The notes beneath the pieces are model-generated. The model did not search any database. It was given only the letters and a program-made list of their open reading frames with translations, and was not told the origin of the DNA. Below are positions 29,424-39,492 of a stretch of 64,000 nt of DNA, piece by piece. The first letter of the stretch is position 1. Every line of letters begins with the position of its first letter. Source of the stretch: Armatimonadota bacterium (GTDB lineage Bacteria > Armatimonadota > HRBIN16); the NCBI GenBank assembly GCA_963677485.1, contig OY781964.1, positions 2,624,001 through 2,688,000 of the forward strand. Direction: 5' to 3'. The position numbers and the translations under genes were made by a program.

Positions 29424-29950
29424 GAATCTTACCCACTTCGTGGGTGCCCGGACGGCCTTGCTGCGCCTCAGACTGCTTCAGCAGTCTAGTGGTCAATAGC
29501 CGAGACATTTATGTCGCGGTGAAATGGCGGTTGTTGTAGACGAACTGGCGTATTACCGAAGACCCCCGTTCGGGGGTAGGGGTTCGTGGCCTTTTCCAGG
29601 GGTATCGCTTCGCTCACCCCTGGCTGTAAGAATCTTACCCACTTCGTGGGTGCCCGGACGGCCTTGCGGCGCCTCAGACTGCTTCAGCAGGCTTAGTGGT
29701 CAATAGCCGAGACATTTATGTCGCGGTGAAATGGCGGCTGTTGTAGAGGAACTGGCGCATTACCGAAGACCCCCGTTCGGGGGTAGGGTTTACGGGCCTT
29801 TTCCAGGGGTATCGCTTCGCTCACCCCTGGCTGTAAGAATCTTACCCACTTCGTGGGTGCCCGGACGGCCTTGCTGCGCCTCAGACTGCTTCAGCAGTCT
29901 AGTGGTCAATAGCCGAGACATTTATGTCGCGGTGAAATGGCGGTTGTTGT
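29424..29950. repeat. Tandem 206-207-bp REP-like palindromic repeat units (continuing from 25820-25880 across the intron)
   Basis: GAATCTTACCCACTTCGTGGGTGCCCGGA at 29424, 29630 and 29837; internal hairpins CCAGGGG..CCCCTGG, ACCCAC/GTGGGT and CCCCGTTCGGGGG. Confidence 0.9.
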
Positions 29951-29984
29951 AAGCACTCCGCCAAACCGGCGCCGACATTCCCCA

Positions 29985-30160
29985 TTTGTGTTCATTCGTG
30001 TGTATTCGTGGTTAACATAAGACCTGTAGGATGAGGTGGACGAGTAGGACCGCATCGGGCCCTTTGCGTCATTTCGTTGAATCCACCCTTCGTGTTCATT
30101 CGTGTGAATTCGTGGTTAAAGAAGACCTGTAGGATGAGTATGACGAGTAGGACCGCTACC
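29985..30160. repeat. Direct repeat family ATTCGTGGTTAA...GACCTGTAGGATGAG...GACGAGTAGGAC
   Basis: Two copies here, a third at about 32405-32470, and a partial inverted copy near 58700-58730. Confidence 0.75.
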
Positions 30161-30278
30161 GGCCCCTTTCCGTCTTTGCGTGGAATTGCCCGTGCTATCC
30201 GCCAACCCCCGGGTATCATGTTAGTGTGGTCCAGCAAGACCATCCACCTTCCACACAACGATGTCACGAGGAGTTGAT

Positions 30279-31535
30279 ATGAAGTTTAGGAACCTGCTGT
30301 GCTGCTGTCTGGGGCTGATGGTGCCCATAATGGGTCTGCAAGCCAACGACGCGGATACGATCTATACGAAAGACAGGGTGAGCGCGCAGCAGTTCGTGCT
30401 GTTCCCCTGGGGCGGGATGCCCGGCAAGACCGCCAACTTCTGGGGCGCTCCTGCCAGCATGGATGCCACCATGAAGGGCCTTTGGGAGGCGGGTTTCAAC
30501 ACCACGGGATTTACCGAACTCGAGAACATCAAGGTTGCCCGCAAGTATGGCCTCTCCGTGATCGCCAACGGATACCCGATGAAAGCCAAGATGGACGACG
30601 AACAGGCACTGGCTGCCGTCAAGAAGATGCTGTCGCCATACAAAAATGACAAGAACCTGCTGGCTATTTACCTTCAGGATGAACCGCCATCGTCATCCTT
30701 CAAACGGCTGGGGATCGCCGTGAAGGCGATCAGGGCTGTTGACAGCCGTGTATTGCCCTACATCAACCTGCTGCCCAACTACGCCTCCAATGGGATGCTG
30801 GGTGCGGAGAGCTACGAGGCCTACATCGACAAGTTTGTGCAGCAATGCAACCCCAAATTCCTCAGCTATGACAACTACGCCATCTTTGAGAGCACCGGTC
30901 TCGATGCCGACAGGTTCTATTCCAACCTGGAGACCATGCGGGCGAAGGCGCTGCACTTCAAGCTTCCCTTCTGGAATATCGTGCTGGGTAACTGCCACTT
31001 TGAATACGCTCCGCCCTCTCAGGCGACCATCTCGCTGCAGATGTACTCCAGCCTGGCGTATGGCGTGCGTGGTCTGGCCTATTTCACCTACTTCACACCC
31101 ACCAGCGGGAACTACCGGCTGGCGGCGATTGACCAGTTCGGGCACAAGACCAAAACCTGGGACTACATCCAGTTTGCCAACCTGCAGTTACACAAACTGG
31201 CTCCCACCTACCTGAAGCTGAGCTCGGTGGGCGTGTTTCATACACCCAACGTCCCCAAAGGCTGCCGCGGTCTGGAAAGCAGCGTTTACCTGAGTGGCAT
31301 CACCGGCAAGGACCTGCTGGTGGGGGAGTTTGAGGCTCCGGACAAGACACCCTACATTTTGGTGGTCAACAAAAGCCTGACCACAAGCACCCCGTATATG
31401 CCCACATTCAAGGCAAGCGGAAAAGTGATGTATACTAACGCCTATCTGGGCACGGACGATGACTTTTCGGGTGAGAACTGTTTCCTCGCTCCTGGTCAGG
31501 GGATGCTGCTGCACCTGCAGCGGGTGAAGGAGTAA
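30279..31535 (+). CDS. Secreted putative glycoside hydrolase-like protein (paralog 3 of 3)
   Basis: Colinear with paralogs 1 and 2 (LQDEP, SYDNY, FWNIVLGNCHF); GAGGAG RBS. Confidence 0.7.
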   Translation: MKFRNLLCCCLGLMVPIMGLQANDADTIYTKDRVSAQQFVLFPWGGMPGKTANFWGAPASMDATMKGLWEAGFNTTGFTELENIKVARKYGLSVIANGYPMKAKMDDEQALAAVKKMLSPYKNDKNLLAIYLQDEPPSSSFKRLGIAVKAIRAVDSRVLPYINLLPNYASNGMLGAESYEAYIDKFVQQCNPKFLSYDNYAIFESTGLDADRFYSNLETMRAKALHFKLPFWNIVLGNCHFEYAPPSQATISLQMYSSLAYGVRGLAYFTYFTPTSGNYRLAAIDQFGHKTKTWDYIQFANLQLHKLAPTYLKLSSVGVFHTPNVPKGCRGLESSVYLSGITGKDLLVGEFEAPDKTPYILVVNKSLTTSTPYMPTFKASGKVMYTNAYLGTDDDFSGENCFLAPGQGMLLHLQRVKE

Positions 31536-31612
31536 GGCTGAGGCTGTAGGCTAACCGGGACATTGGATTCGCAACGGGTATATGTCTGAACCACGGATTA
31601 CACGGATGGACA

Positions 31613-32380
31613 GGATGGCCTTGCGGCGCCTCAGACTGCTTCAGCAGGCTTAGTGGTCAATAGCCGAGACATTGATGTCGTGGCGGGGGGGTGGTTGGTG
31701 TGCTTACCGGCGTATCAACCGGATTGACCCCCGTCCGGGGGTAGGATTTACGTGCCTTTACCAGGGGTTTCGCTGCGCTCACCCCTGGCTGTAAGAATCT
31801 TACCCACTTCGTGGGTGCCCGGATGGCCTTGCGGCGTCGCAGACTGCTTCAGCAGGCTTAGTGGTCAATAGCCGAGACATTGATGTCGCGGCGGGGAGGC
31901 GGTTGGTGTGCTTACCGGTATAACAGCGAATTGACCCCCGTTCGGGGGTAGGGTTTAAGGGCCTTTTCCCAGGGGTTTCGCTGCGCTCACCCCTGGCTGT
32001 AAGGAATCTTACCCACTTCGTGGGTGCCCGGACGGCCTTGCGGGCATATGCATATGGCTGCTCCGGAGGCTTCCCCCGCGCCCGCTTGCGGGCTGCTATA
32101 TCAATTAGCGATGGGTGATGGAACCCCGTTTACGGGGTGATGGAACCCGTCGCAGCGGGGCTGGTGGTTTGTACCGAAGGTGACCGGCCACTATGCCGCG
32201 GGTTTAGTCACCCCGCTCTTTTCCAGGGGTATCGCTGTGCTCACCCCTGGCTGTAAGAATCTTACCCACTTCGTGGGTGCCCGGATGGCCTTGCGGCACC
32301 GCAGACTGCTTCAGCAGGCTTAGTGGTCAATAGCCGAGACATTTATGTCGCGGCGGGGGGGCGGTTGGTGTAGGCACTTC
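31613..32380. repeat. Further copies of the ~207-bp REP-like repeat
   Basis: Same CCCCTGGCTGTAAGAATCTTACCCACTTCGTGGG core at about 31780, 31990 and 32245. Confidence 0.88.
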
Positions 32381-32596
32381 GCCAGACGGCTCCCAAACGC
32401 CCTTCGTGTTCATTGGTGTGAATTCGTGGTTAACACCAGACCTGTAGGATGAGTTGGACGAGTAGGACAGCTATCATACCCTTTGCGCCATTGCCCCTTT
32501 GCGCCTTTGCGTTGAATCCCCTCCGCGCCCTCCGCGTCTCCGCGTGAGATAACAGCCCTTGCATTTTCTGAAAAAACATGCCAAACTTAAATTACT

Positions 32597-32689
32597 ATGA
32601 AACACATGGCGTCTCAGCAATATAGTTCGCCTGTCACATTGTGGCAGTGGTGGTGGTCTTCCGTAGGGGGAACCGCCGCCGGACGCTGA
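32597..32689 (+). CDS. trpL: trp operon leader peptide MKHMASQQYSSPVTLWQWWWSSVGGTAAGR
   Basis: 30-aa ORF with TGG CAG TGG TGG TGG, directly upstream of an attenuator hairpin and trpE; too short for the ORF track. Confidence 0.88.
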   Translation: MKHMASQQYSSPVTLWQWWWSSVGGTAAGR

Positions 32690-32705
32690 CGTAAAGACAG
32701 TTTTC

Positions 32706-32745
32706 AGGCCGCTAGCTGGTTCCACCCAGCAAGCGGCCTTTTTTT
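32706..32745 (+). terminator. trp attenuator terminator
   Basis: AGGCCGCT-AGCTGG...CCAGC-AAGCGGCCT stem followed by a T run. Confidence 0.88.
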
Positions 32746-32820
32746 GTGACCAAAATCTACCAAAAGAGGCCAAGGGAGTAAACCCTTAGGCCTCTTTAAG
32801 CATTTCTGGAGAGTGAACAG

Positions 32821-34257
32821 ATGCAAAGCATTCATCCGACATACGATCAGTTCTGCCAAATGGCGGAACCCGGCTGCGTGATACCGGTCTACCGCGAGAT
32901 CCTGGCCGATATGGAGACACCCGTTTCGGCTTACCGTAAGCTGATGGCACCGGGTGCTGGCTTCCTGCTGGAGTCCGTGGAGGGCGGAGAGCGCATCGGC
33001 CGATACTCCTTCTTGGGCACGGGCGTGACCGATGTGATGCGGATCGATATCGGCGAGGGAGTGAACCCCATGCCGGCCATCCGAGAGCGGCTGACTGCCC
33101 GTAAATACATCGCCAACCCGGAGCTGCCGCGCTTCTGCGGCGGATGCGTGGGCTACCTTGGTTATGACACCGTACGCGGCTTTGAGAGTCTGCCCGATAC
33201 CCCGCAGGATGACCTCAATATGCCCGACGGCCTGTTGATGTTCCCCGAAACGGTGCTGGTGTTCGACCAGGTGAAGCGCACCATCAAGATCGTCACCGAG
33301 GCAAGAGTGCAGGATGACCCTGGGGCAGCCTACGCGGCGGCGGTCGACCGCCTGGGTCTGACCCTCGCCCGTCTGCGATACCCGCAGAGCGCACCGAACC
33401 CTCAGCCATCGACCGTCAGCTCAGAGGTGTGCAGCAACCTCACCAAGCAGCAGTTCATGCGGTCGGTGGAACAGGCCAAGGAGTACATCGCGGCTGGCGA
33501 GATCATCCAGGTGGTGCTCTCCCAACGCTTCTCCATGGAGCTAAGTGCTCACCCATTCGACCTCTACCGCTCTCTGCGCTGCCTGAACCCCTCGCCCTAC
33601 AGCTTCTATCTCGACTACGGCGACTATCAACTGGTGGGCTCCAGCCCAGAGATACTGGTCACCTGCGAGGGCGGCGAGGTGCGTAACCGTCCGATAGCTG
33701 GCACCCGTCGCCGAGGTGCCACCGACGCCGAGGACCTGCTTCTCGAACGCGAGCTGCTGGCGGACGAAAAAGAGCGTGCGGAGCACATCATGCTGGTCGA
33801 CCTGGGCCGCAATGACATCGGCCGAGTAGCGGAATACGGCACGGTGCGGGTGAACGAGTTGATGGTGGTGGAGCGGTATTCGCACGTGATGCACATCGTC
33901 AGCGATGTGCGCGGCAAGCTTCGCTCCGACCTGGACATGCTGGACACCTTCGAGGCATGCTTCCCGGCCGGCACCGTCTCTGGTGCGCCGAAAGTGCGCG
34001 CGATGCAGATCATCGATGAGCTGGAGACTACCAAACGCGGTCCGTACGCCGGAGCCGTGGGCTATTTCAGCTACGCAGGTGACAGTGACACCTGCATCAC
34101 CATCCGCACCATTCTGGTGAAAGACGGCCGGGCGTATGTGCAGGCCGGCGCGGGGATCGTAGCCGACAGCGACCCTGAAACCGAATTCGTAGAGACCCAA
34201 ACCAAGGCGAAAGCGATGCTCCGATCAGTGGAGCTGGCTCAGCAGGGGCTGGAATAA
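32821..34257 (+). CDS. trpE: Anthranilate synthase component I
   Basis: LLESVEGG, NPSPY, RPIAGTRRRG, EHIMLVDLGRND and FPAGTVSGAPKVRAM motifs. Confidence 0.97.
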   Translation: MQSIHPTYDQFCQMAEPGCVIPVYREILADMETPVSAYRKLMAPGAGFLLESVEGGERIGRYSFLGTGVTDVMRIDIGEGVNPMPAIRERLTARKYIANPELPRFCGGCVGYLGYDTVRGFESLPDTPQDDLNMPDGLLMFPETVLVFDQVKRTIKIVTEARVQDDPGAAYAAAVDRLGLTLARLRYPQSAPNPQPSTVSSEVCSNLTKQQFMRSVEQAKEYIAAGEIIQVVLSQRFSMELSAHPFDLYRSLRCLNPSPYSFYLDYGDYQLVGSSPEILVTCEGGEVRNRPIAGTRRRGATDAEDLLLERELLADEKERAEHIMLVDLGRNDIGRVAEYGTVRVNELMVVERYSHVMHIVSDVRGKLRSDLDMLDTFEACFPAGTVSGAPKVRAMQIIDELETTKRGPYAGAVGYFSYAGDSDTCITIRTILVKDGRAYVQAGAGIVADSDPETEFVETQTKAKAMLRSVELAQQGLE

Positions 34258-34269
34258 GGAGAACAGATC

Positions 34270-34839
34270 ATGATACTCATGATAGACAACTTTGATAGCT
34301 TTACCTACAACATCGTGCAGATGCTGGGTGAGCTGGGCGCGGAGGTCGATACCTTCCGCAACAACGCGATCAGCATCGATGAGATTATCAAACTGGCGCC
34401 GCAGGCGGTTATCATCAGCCCTGGACCGGGAAATCCCGACAGCGCGGGTATCTCTCTGGAGATCATCCATCAGTTGGCGGGCGAGCTGCCCATCTACGGC
34501 ATCTGCCTGGGACATCAGACCATCGGTCAGGCGTTCGGCGGTAACATCGTAAGGGCCAAAAAGCTGATGCACGGCAAGAGCTCACCCATCAGCCACGATA
34601 ATCAGGGGCTGTTCAAGGGGCTCAGCCAGCCGTTCGATGCCATCCGCTACCACTCGCTGGTCATCGACAGGGCGACCCTGCCGGAGTGCCTCAGCATCAC
34701 CGCGGAGAGCGATGATGGCGAGATCATGGGCGTGCGCCATAAGAGCCTGCCCATCGAGGGGGTGCAGTTCCACCCCGAATCCGTGTTAACCATCGAAGGA
34801 CGACAAATGCTGAAAAACCTGCTGGAGGCGGTGTCATGA
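34270..34839 (+). CDS. trpG: Anthranilate synthase component II
   Basis: IDNFDSFTYN, SPGPG, GICLGHQ, RYHSL and QFHPES motifs. Confidence 0.96.
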   Translation: MILMIDNFDSFTYNIVQMLGELGAEVDTFRNNAISIDEIIKLAPQAVIISPGPGNPDSAGISLEIIHQLAGELPIYGICLGHQTIGQAFGGNIVRAKKLMHGKSSPISHDNQGLFKGLSQPFDAIRYHSLVIDRATLPECLSITAESDDGEIMGVRHKSLPIEGVQFHPESVLTIEGRQMLKNLLEAVS

Positions 34840-35858
34840 TTAGGGAAGCCATCAAGGAAGTCGTTGCGGGACAGAGTCTTACTGAGGCCGAAGCCACCGC
34901 GGTGATGAATGAGATCATGGAAGGTGAGGCCACCTCGGCGCAGATCGCCTGCTTCGCCACGGCGGTGCGCATTAAAGGCGAGACGGTGGATGAGATCACC
35001 GGCTTCGTGCGGGCCATGCGCAAGCACTGCATCAAGGTGCGGCCGCAGTCGCAGAACCTGGTGGATACCTGCGGCACCGGCGGCGACAAGCTGCTGACCA
35101 TCAACATCTCCACCGCGGCTGCCTTCGTGGCGGCCGGAGCTGGTGCGCACATCGCCAAGCACGGCAACCGCTCAGCCACGAAAAAGAGCGGCAGTGCGGA
35201 TGTATTGCAGGCGCTGGGCGTGAACCTGAACATCACCCCCGAGGCGGTGGCACAGTGCATCGACCAAATCGGAATCGGCTTTATGTTCGCGCCTTCGCTG
35301 CACCCCGCCATGAAGCACGCGGTCGGGCCGCGAAAAGAGATTGGCATCACCACCGTATTCAATGTGCTCGGGCCGCTGACCAACCCCGCGGGAGCCAACC
35401 GGCAGTTGATGGGTGTGTTTGAAGCAAAAATCACAGAGCTGCTGGCCAACGTGCTGAAGAATCTGGGTGCTGACCGCGCGCTGGTGTTCCACGGCCTGGA
35501 CGGGCTGGATGAGCTGAGCACCATCGGCGAAAGCAAGGTCAGCGAGCTGAGGGACGGGGTGGTCAATACTTACACCGTCACCCCGGAGCAGTTTGGGCTG
35601 CGCAGGTCCGTCATCGACGAACTCGCACCGGATACCGACAGTCCGGAGGGCAACGCCAGTGCACTGCAGGCGATTCTGCGTGGTGAGCCGGGTGCCCGCA
35701 GGGATATCGTGCGGTTGAACGCAGCAGGCGCACTGGTCGTGGCTGGTTTGACCGACGACCTGCACACGGGCCTCGTGATGGCCACGGAGTCGATCGACAG
35801 CGGCGCGGCGCTGCACAGTCTGGAGCAGCTCATCGCGCTTTCGCAGCAGTTGGGCTAA
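34836..35858 (+). CDS. trpD: Anthranilate phosphoribosyltransferase
   Basis: DTCGTGGD, NIST, KHGNRS, GSADVL and GLDELS motifs. Confidence 0.97.
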   Translation: MIREAIKEVVAGQSLTEAEATAVMNEIMEGEATSAQIACFATAVRIKGETVDEITGFVRAMRKHCIKVRPQSQNLVDTCGTGGDKLLTINISTAAAFVAAGAGAHIAKHGNRSATKKSGSADVLQALGVNLNITPEAVAQCIDQIGIGFMFAPSLHPAMKHAVGPRKEIGITTVFNVLGPLTNPAGANRQLMGVFEAKITELLANVLKNLGADRALVFHGLDGLDELSTIGESKVSELRDGVVNTYTVTPEQFGLRRSVIDELAPDTDSPEGNASALQAILRGEPGARRDIVRLNAAGALVVAGLTDDLHTGLVMATESIDSGAALHSLEQLIALSQQLG

Positions 35859-35869
35859 TTGGTATGAGC

Positions 35870-35950
35870 GTAGGGGCGTCCCTTGTGGGCGCCCGAACTA
35901 AGATATCGGCGATCAGCAACGTATAGGGCGCCCACAAGGGACGCCCCTAC
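35870..35950. repeat. Inverted pair of GTAG-type REP sequences
   Basis: GTAGGGGCGTCCCTTGTGGGCGCCC ... GGGCGCCCACAAGGGACGCCCCTAC. Confidence 0.85.
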
Positions 35951-35988
35951 GGCCAGCAGATATCAGGTTACTTCGAGGAGGGTGAAAT

Positions 35989-36783
35989 ATGATTCTGGAC
36001 ACAATACTGGACCACAAACTGACGGAAGTCGCCAAGGCGAAAAGGTATGCCCCCGTGGAGGAGCTGATCCCCTTACTGCCCGAGGCACCGCCCGTGCGGC
36101 CGTTCGCCAAAGCTCTGAACGCCAAGGGTGGGTTGCCCGCGATCATCGCGGAGGTAAAGAAGGCCAGCCCCAGCGCGGGGGACATCGCCGCGGAGGCCGA
36201 TCCCAAGCAAGTGGCCATGGGTTATGAGCAGAACGGGGCCAGCGCGTTGTCTGTATTGACCGACGAAAAGTTCTTCAACGGCTCGCTGGACTACCTTCGA
36301 CAAATCCGCCAACAGGTGCAAATCCCTCTGCTGCGCAAGGACTTCATCGTCGACCCCTACCAGTTGTATGAAGCCCGTGAGGCAGGGGCCGACGCGGCAC
36401 TGCTGATAGTGGCCGCGTTGAGCTTCCCACTGCTGCAGCAGTTGCGGGAGCTTTGCCGCGAGCTGGGGATGGACGCGCTGGTGGAGGTTCACGATGAGCA
36501 TGAGCTGCAGCACGCGCTGAAGATACAGCCTGATCTTGTGGGCATCAATAACCGCAACCTTCAAAGCTTTGAGATCGACACTGACACCAGCTTCCGGCTG
36601 GCGCGCTTGTTCTTCGACGACCCGCGCAGCGAAGGGGTCAAGCTGGTCAGCGAGAGCGGGATCACCAAGAGCGACACCCTACGCAGCCTCGCGGCGGCTG
36701 GGTTCCACGCTGCGTTGATCGGCACCGCGTTTATGAGGTATCCCGACCCCGGCTCACAGCTTCGCGAGGTGCTGCAGGGATGA
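35989..36783 (+). CDS. trpC: Indole-3-glycerol phosphate synthase
   Basis: IAEVKKASPS, LRKDF, LVEVH, GINNRNL and VSESGI motifs. Confidence 0.97.
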   Translation: MILDTILDHKLTEVAKAKRYAPVEELIPLLPEAPPVRPFAKALNAKGGLPAIIAEVKKASPSAGDIAAEADPKQVAMGYEQNGASALSVLTDEKFFNGSLDYLRQIRQQVQIPLLRKDFIVDPYQLYEAREAGADAALLIVAALSFPLLQQLRELCRELGMDALVEVHDEHELQHALKIQPDLVGINNRNLQSFEIDTDTSFRLARLFFDDPRSEGVKLVSESGITKSDTLRSLAAAGFHAALIGTAFMRYPDPGSQLREVLQG

Positions 36784-37379
36784 TCATCAAGATATGCGGT
36801 ATCACCAGCCTGGAGGACGCGCTCTGTGTGCAGGGGGCGGGTGCGCAGATGATCGGGTTTGTGTTCGCCCCCTCGCCGCGGCAGGTGAGCGTTCAGCAGG
36901 CATTAGAGATCATCAGCGGGTTGTCCGGCTCGTTGAAGACTGTGGGCGTATTCACCCAGCCGCGGCAGCAGATTCTGGACATCCTGCAGCAGGTGCCGCT
37001 GGACTACGTGCAGTTGCACGGTGACCAGCCGGAGGAGCTGACCGATGAACTGGGGCCTAATCGGGTGATCCGCGCGGTGCGTGTGCGGGATGCTGCCACA
37101 CTGGAGAAAGCGATAACCCATCAGGGAACCTTGCTGCTGGATGCCTACAGCCCAATCGCCGCTGGTGGCACGGGCCAGAGCTTCGACTGGCGCCTGCTAA
37201 CAGGTTATCCACGCGACTACATGCTATCGGGCGGGCTGACACCCGCCAATGTGGGTGAGGCGGTGTCTACGCTCAAACCCTACGGACTGGACATCTCCAG
37301 CGGGGTAGAATCGGCCCCTGGAGTGAAGAACCACAAACTAATAGAGGAGTTTATACAAAATGCCAACAGAGCTAGATAA
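36780..37379 (+). CDS. trpF: Phosphoribosylanthranilate isomerase
   Basis: [21 protein letters not shown] and DISSGVE motifs. Confidence 0.96.
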   Translation: MIIKICGITSLEDALCVQGAGAQMIGFVFAPSPRQVSVQQALEIISGLSGSLKTVGVFTQPRQQILDILQQVPLDYVQLHGDQPEELTDELGPNRVIRAVRVRDAATLEKAITHQGTLLLDAYSPIAAGGTGQSFDWRLLTGYPRDYMLSGGLTPANVGEAVSTLKPYGLDISSGVESAPGVKNHKLIEEFIQNANRAR

Positions 37380-38577
37380 TACAGCATCCGCCAAACCGGG
37401 CCGTTTTGGGCAGTTCGGCGGGGCGTATGTGCCTGAGACGCTGGTGCCGGCACTGGATGAGCTGGAGGCTGTCTATCGCACCGCGAAAGACGACCCAGCC
37501 TATCAGCAAGAGCTGGACCATTACTTGAAATATTACGTGGGACGCGAGACGCCAATCACCTTCGCCTCGCGGCTGACCGAGCAGCTTGGAGGCGCACGCA
37601 TCTACCTGAAGCGCGAGGACCTCTGCCACACGGGTGCTCACAAACTGAACAACGTGATGGGTCAGATCCTGCTGGCCAGGCGCATGGGCAAGAAGCGCAT
37701 CATCGCCGAAACCGGCGCGGGTCAGCACGGCGTGGCCACCGCCACCGTGTGTGCGCTGTTTGGGTTGACTTGCGTGGTGTATATGGGCGAGGAGGACACG
37801 CAGCGGCAGGAGCTGAACGTGTTCCGCATGAAGCTGCTGGGGGCCACGGTGATCCCTGTGACCAGCGGCACCAAGACGCTCAAGGATGCCACCAGCGAGG
37901 CGATCCGTGACTGGGTGGCCAATGTGCGCGACACCTTCTACGTGATCGGCTCCGTGATTGGACCGCACCCGTATCCCATGATGGTGCGCGACTTCCAGAG
38001 CGTGATCGGCACCGAAACCCGCCGACAGATGCTGGAGCTGACGGGAAAATTGCCCGACGCGCTCGTAGCCTGTGTAGGTGGAGGCAGCAACGCCATGGGC
38101 ATGTTCTACCCCTTCCGTAACGACCGCTCTGTGCAGAAGATCGGCGTGGAGGCGGCTGGTGAAGGTCTGGATACCCCGAAGCATTGCGCCACCCTCAGCC
38201 TGGGACGCCCCGGCGTGCTTCACGGCACCATGACCTACCTGCTGCAATCCGACGACGGCCAGGTGCAGCTCACGCATTCCATCTCTGCGGGGTTGGACTA
38301 CCCGGGTGTGGGTCCTGAGCACAGCCATTTCAAGGATGCCGGCATCGCACAGTATCGCTGTGCGACCGATGAGGAGGCGCTGCAGGCCTTCATCCGGCTG
38401 AGCCAGGCTGAGGGCATCATCCCGGCACTGGAGAGCTCGCACGCGGTGGCGGAAGTGTTGAAGATGGCACCGAGCATGAGCACCGATCAGAACATTGTGA
38501 TCTGCCTGTCGGGACGTGGCGATAAGGACGTTGACCAGGTGCAGCGGATGCTGATGCAGAGGGGGGATATCCAATGA
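37360..38577 (+). CDS. trpB: Tryptophan synthase beta chain
   Basis: [24 protein letters not shown] and [10 protein letters not shown] motifs. Confidence 0.98.
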   Translation: MPTELDNTASAKPGRFGQFGGAYVPETLVPALDELEAVYRTAKDDPAYQQELDHYLKYYVGRETPITFASRLTEQLGGARIYLKREDLCHTGAHKLNNVMGQILLARRMGKKRIIAETGAGQHGVATATVCALFGLTCVVYMGEEDTQRQELNVFRMKLLGATVIPVTSGTKTLKDATSEAIRDWVANVRDTFYVIGSVIGPHPYPMMVRDFQSVIGTETRRQMLELTGKLPDALVACVGGGSNAMGMFYPFRNDRSVQKIGVEAAGEGLDTPKHCATLSLGRPGVLHGTMTYLLQSDDGQVQLTHSISAGLDYPGVGPEHSHFKDAGIAQYRCATDEEALQAFIRLSQAEGIIPALESSHAVAEVLKMAPSMSTDQNIVICLSGRGDKDVDQVQRMLMQRGDIQ

Positions 38578-39365
38578 ACCGCTTGATGAACCGTATGAAC
38601 GAGAACAAGCAGGCTGGCCGAAAATCACTGGTCTGCTTCCTGACCGCCGGTGATCCCAGCCAGGACGAGACTTTCCAGCTCGTGTTGGCTGCAGAGCGTG
38701 CTGGCTGCGACACCATCGAGCTGGGGATACCCTTTAGCGATCCCATGGCCGATGGTCCGGTCATCCAGGCCGCGAACAGCCGGGCACTGGCGAACCACGT
38801 CAGCCTGCACGATGTGCTGGCACTGGTAGCGCGCATCCGGCAGGAGAGCCAGTTTCCGATAGTGATCATGACCTACCTCAACCCAGTGATGAGCTACGGC
38901 ATCGAGAGCTTCGCTGTTGATGCCGAGAAGGCCGGGGTGGATGGCGTGATCCTGGTGGATGTGCCTCTGGGCGAGGCCGAAGAGGGGCTGGTATTATTGA
39001 ATGCGCACAATATCTGTCCGGTGATGCTGGCCGCACCCACGAGCACCGATGAACGGCTGGAAGATATCTGCCGACAGGCGAAAGGGTTCCTATACGCCGT
39101 GGCGCGCATGGGCGTGACCGGGGCCTACACCGATGCGCCGTCTGAGCTGCCGTTGCTGATGGAGCGCATCCGCAAGCACACCGATATGCCCGTGATGGCC
39201 GGTTTTGGCATCAGCAACCCCGAGCTGGCGAAGTCGGTGGCTGTGTATACCGATGGGGTGATCGTGGGCAGCGCGCTGGTGACCGTCATCGCGGAGGCGT
39301 CCGACCGCGTCGGTGCCGCCACGGCATTCATTACCGCCATGCGCTGCGCGTTGGACGAGGTGTAG
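38574..39365 (+). CDS. trpA: Tryptophan synthase alpha chain
   Basis: [26 protein letters not shown] and DGVIVGSA motifs. Confidence 0.97.
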   Translation: MNRLMNRMNENKQAGRKSLVCFLTAGDPSQDETFQLVLAAERAGCDTIELGIPFSDPMADGPVIQAANSRALANHVSLHDVLALVARIRQESQFPIVIMTYLNPVMSYGIESFAVDAEKAGVDGVILVDVPLGEAEEGLVLLNAHNICPVMLAAPTSTDERLEDICRQAKGFLYAVARMGVTGAYTDAPSELPLLMERIRKHTDMPVMAGFGISNPELAKSVAVYTDGVIVGSALVTVIAEASDRVGAATAFITAMRCALDEV

Positions 39366-39387
39366 GGGGAATGTGGTCAGGGCCCAC

Positions 39388-39488
39388 GTAGGGGCGGGGT
39401 TACCCCGCCCTTGGGCACGGAAACCGCGCCTGGGTTGGATATGGTGTGGGCGGGTTGGATATGGTGGGCGGGGAGACCCCGCCCCTAC
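39388..39488. repeat. Inverted pair of GTAG-type REP sequences
   Basis: GTAGGGGCGGGGTTACCCCGCCC ... GGGCGGGGAGACCCCGCCCCTAC between convergent trpA and prs. Confidence 0.85.
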
Positions 39489-39492
39489 GGGA

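Noticed and set aside
29018-30277. Short ORFs in the intron RNA and repeat arrays
   Set aside because: They are translations of structured non-coding or repeated DNA; the same peptide text recurs with each repeat unit.
29424-32380. Tandem repeats as a CRISPR array
   Set aside because: Units are about 207 bp and near-identical, with no unique spacers of 30-40 nt, and there are no cas genes in the window.
37372-38628. Long antisense ORFs (e.g. 37372-38628, 11036-12118, 61346-62653, 18667-19677)
   Set aside because: Shadow frames of well-supported genes in GC-rich DNA, with no recognisable motifs.
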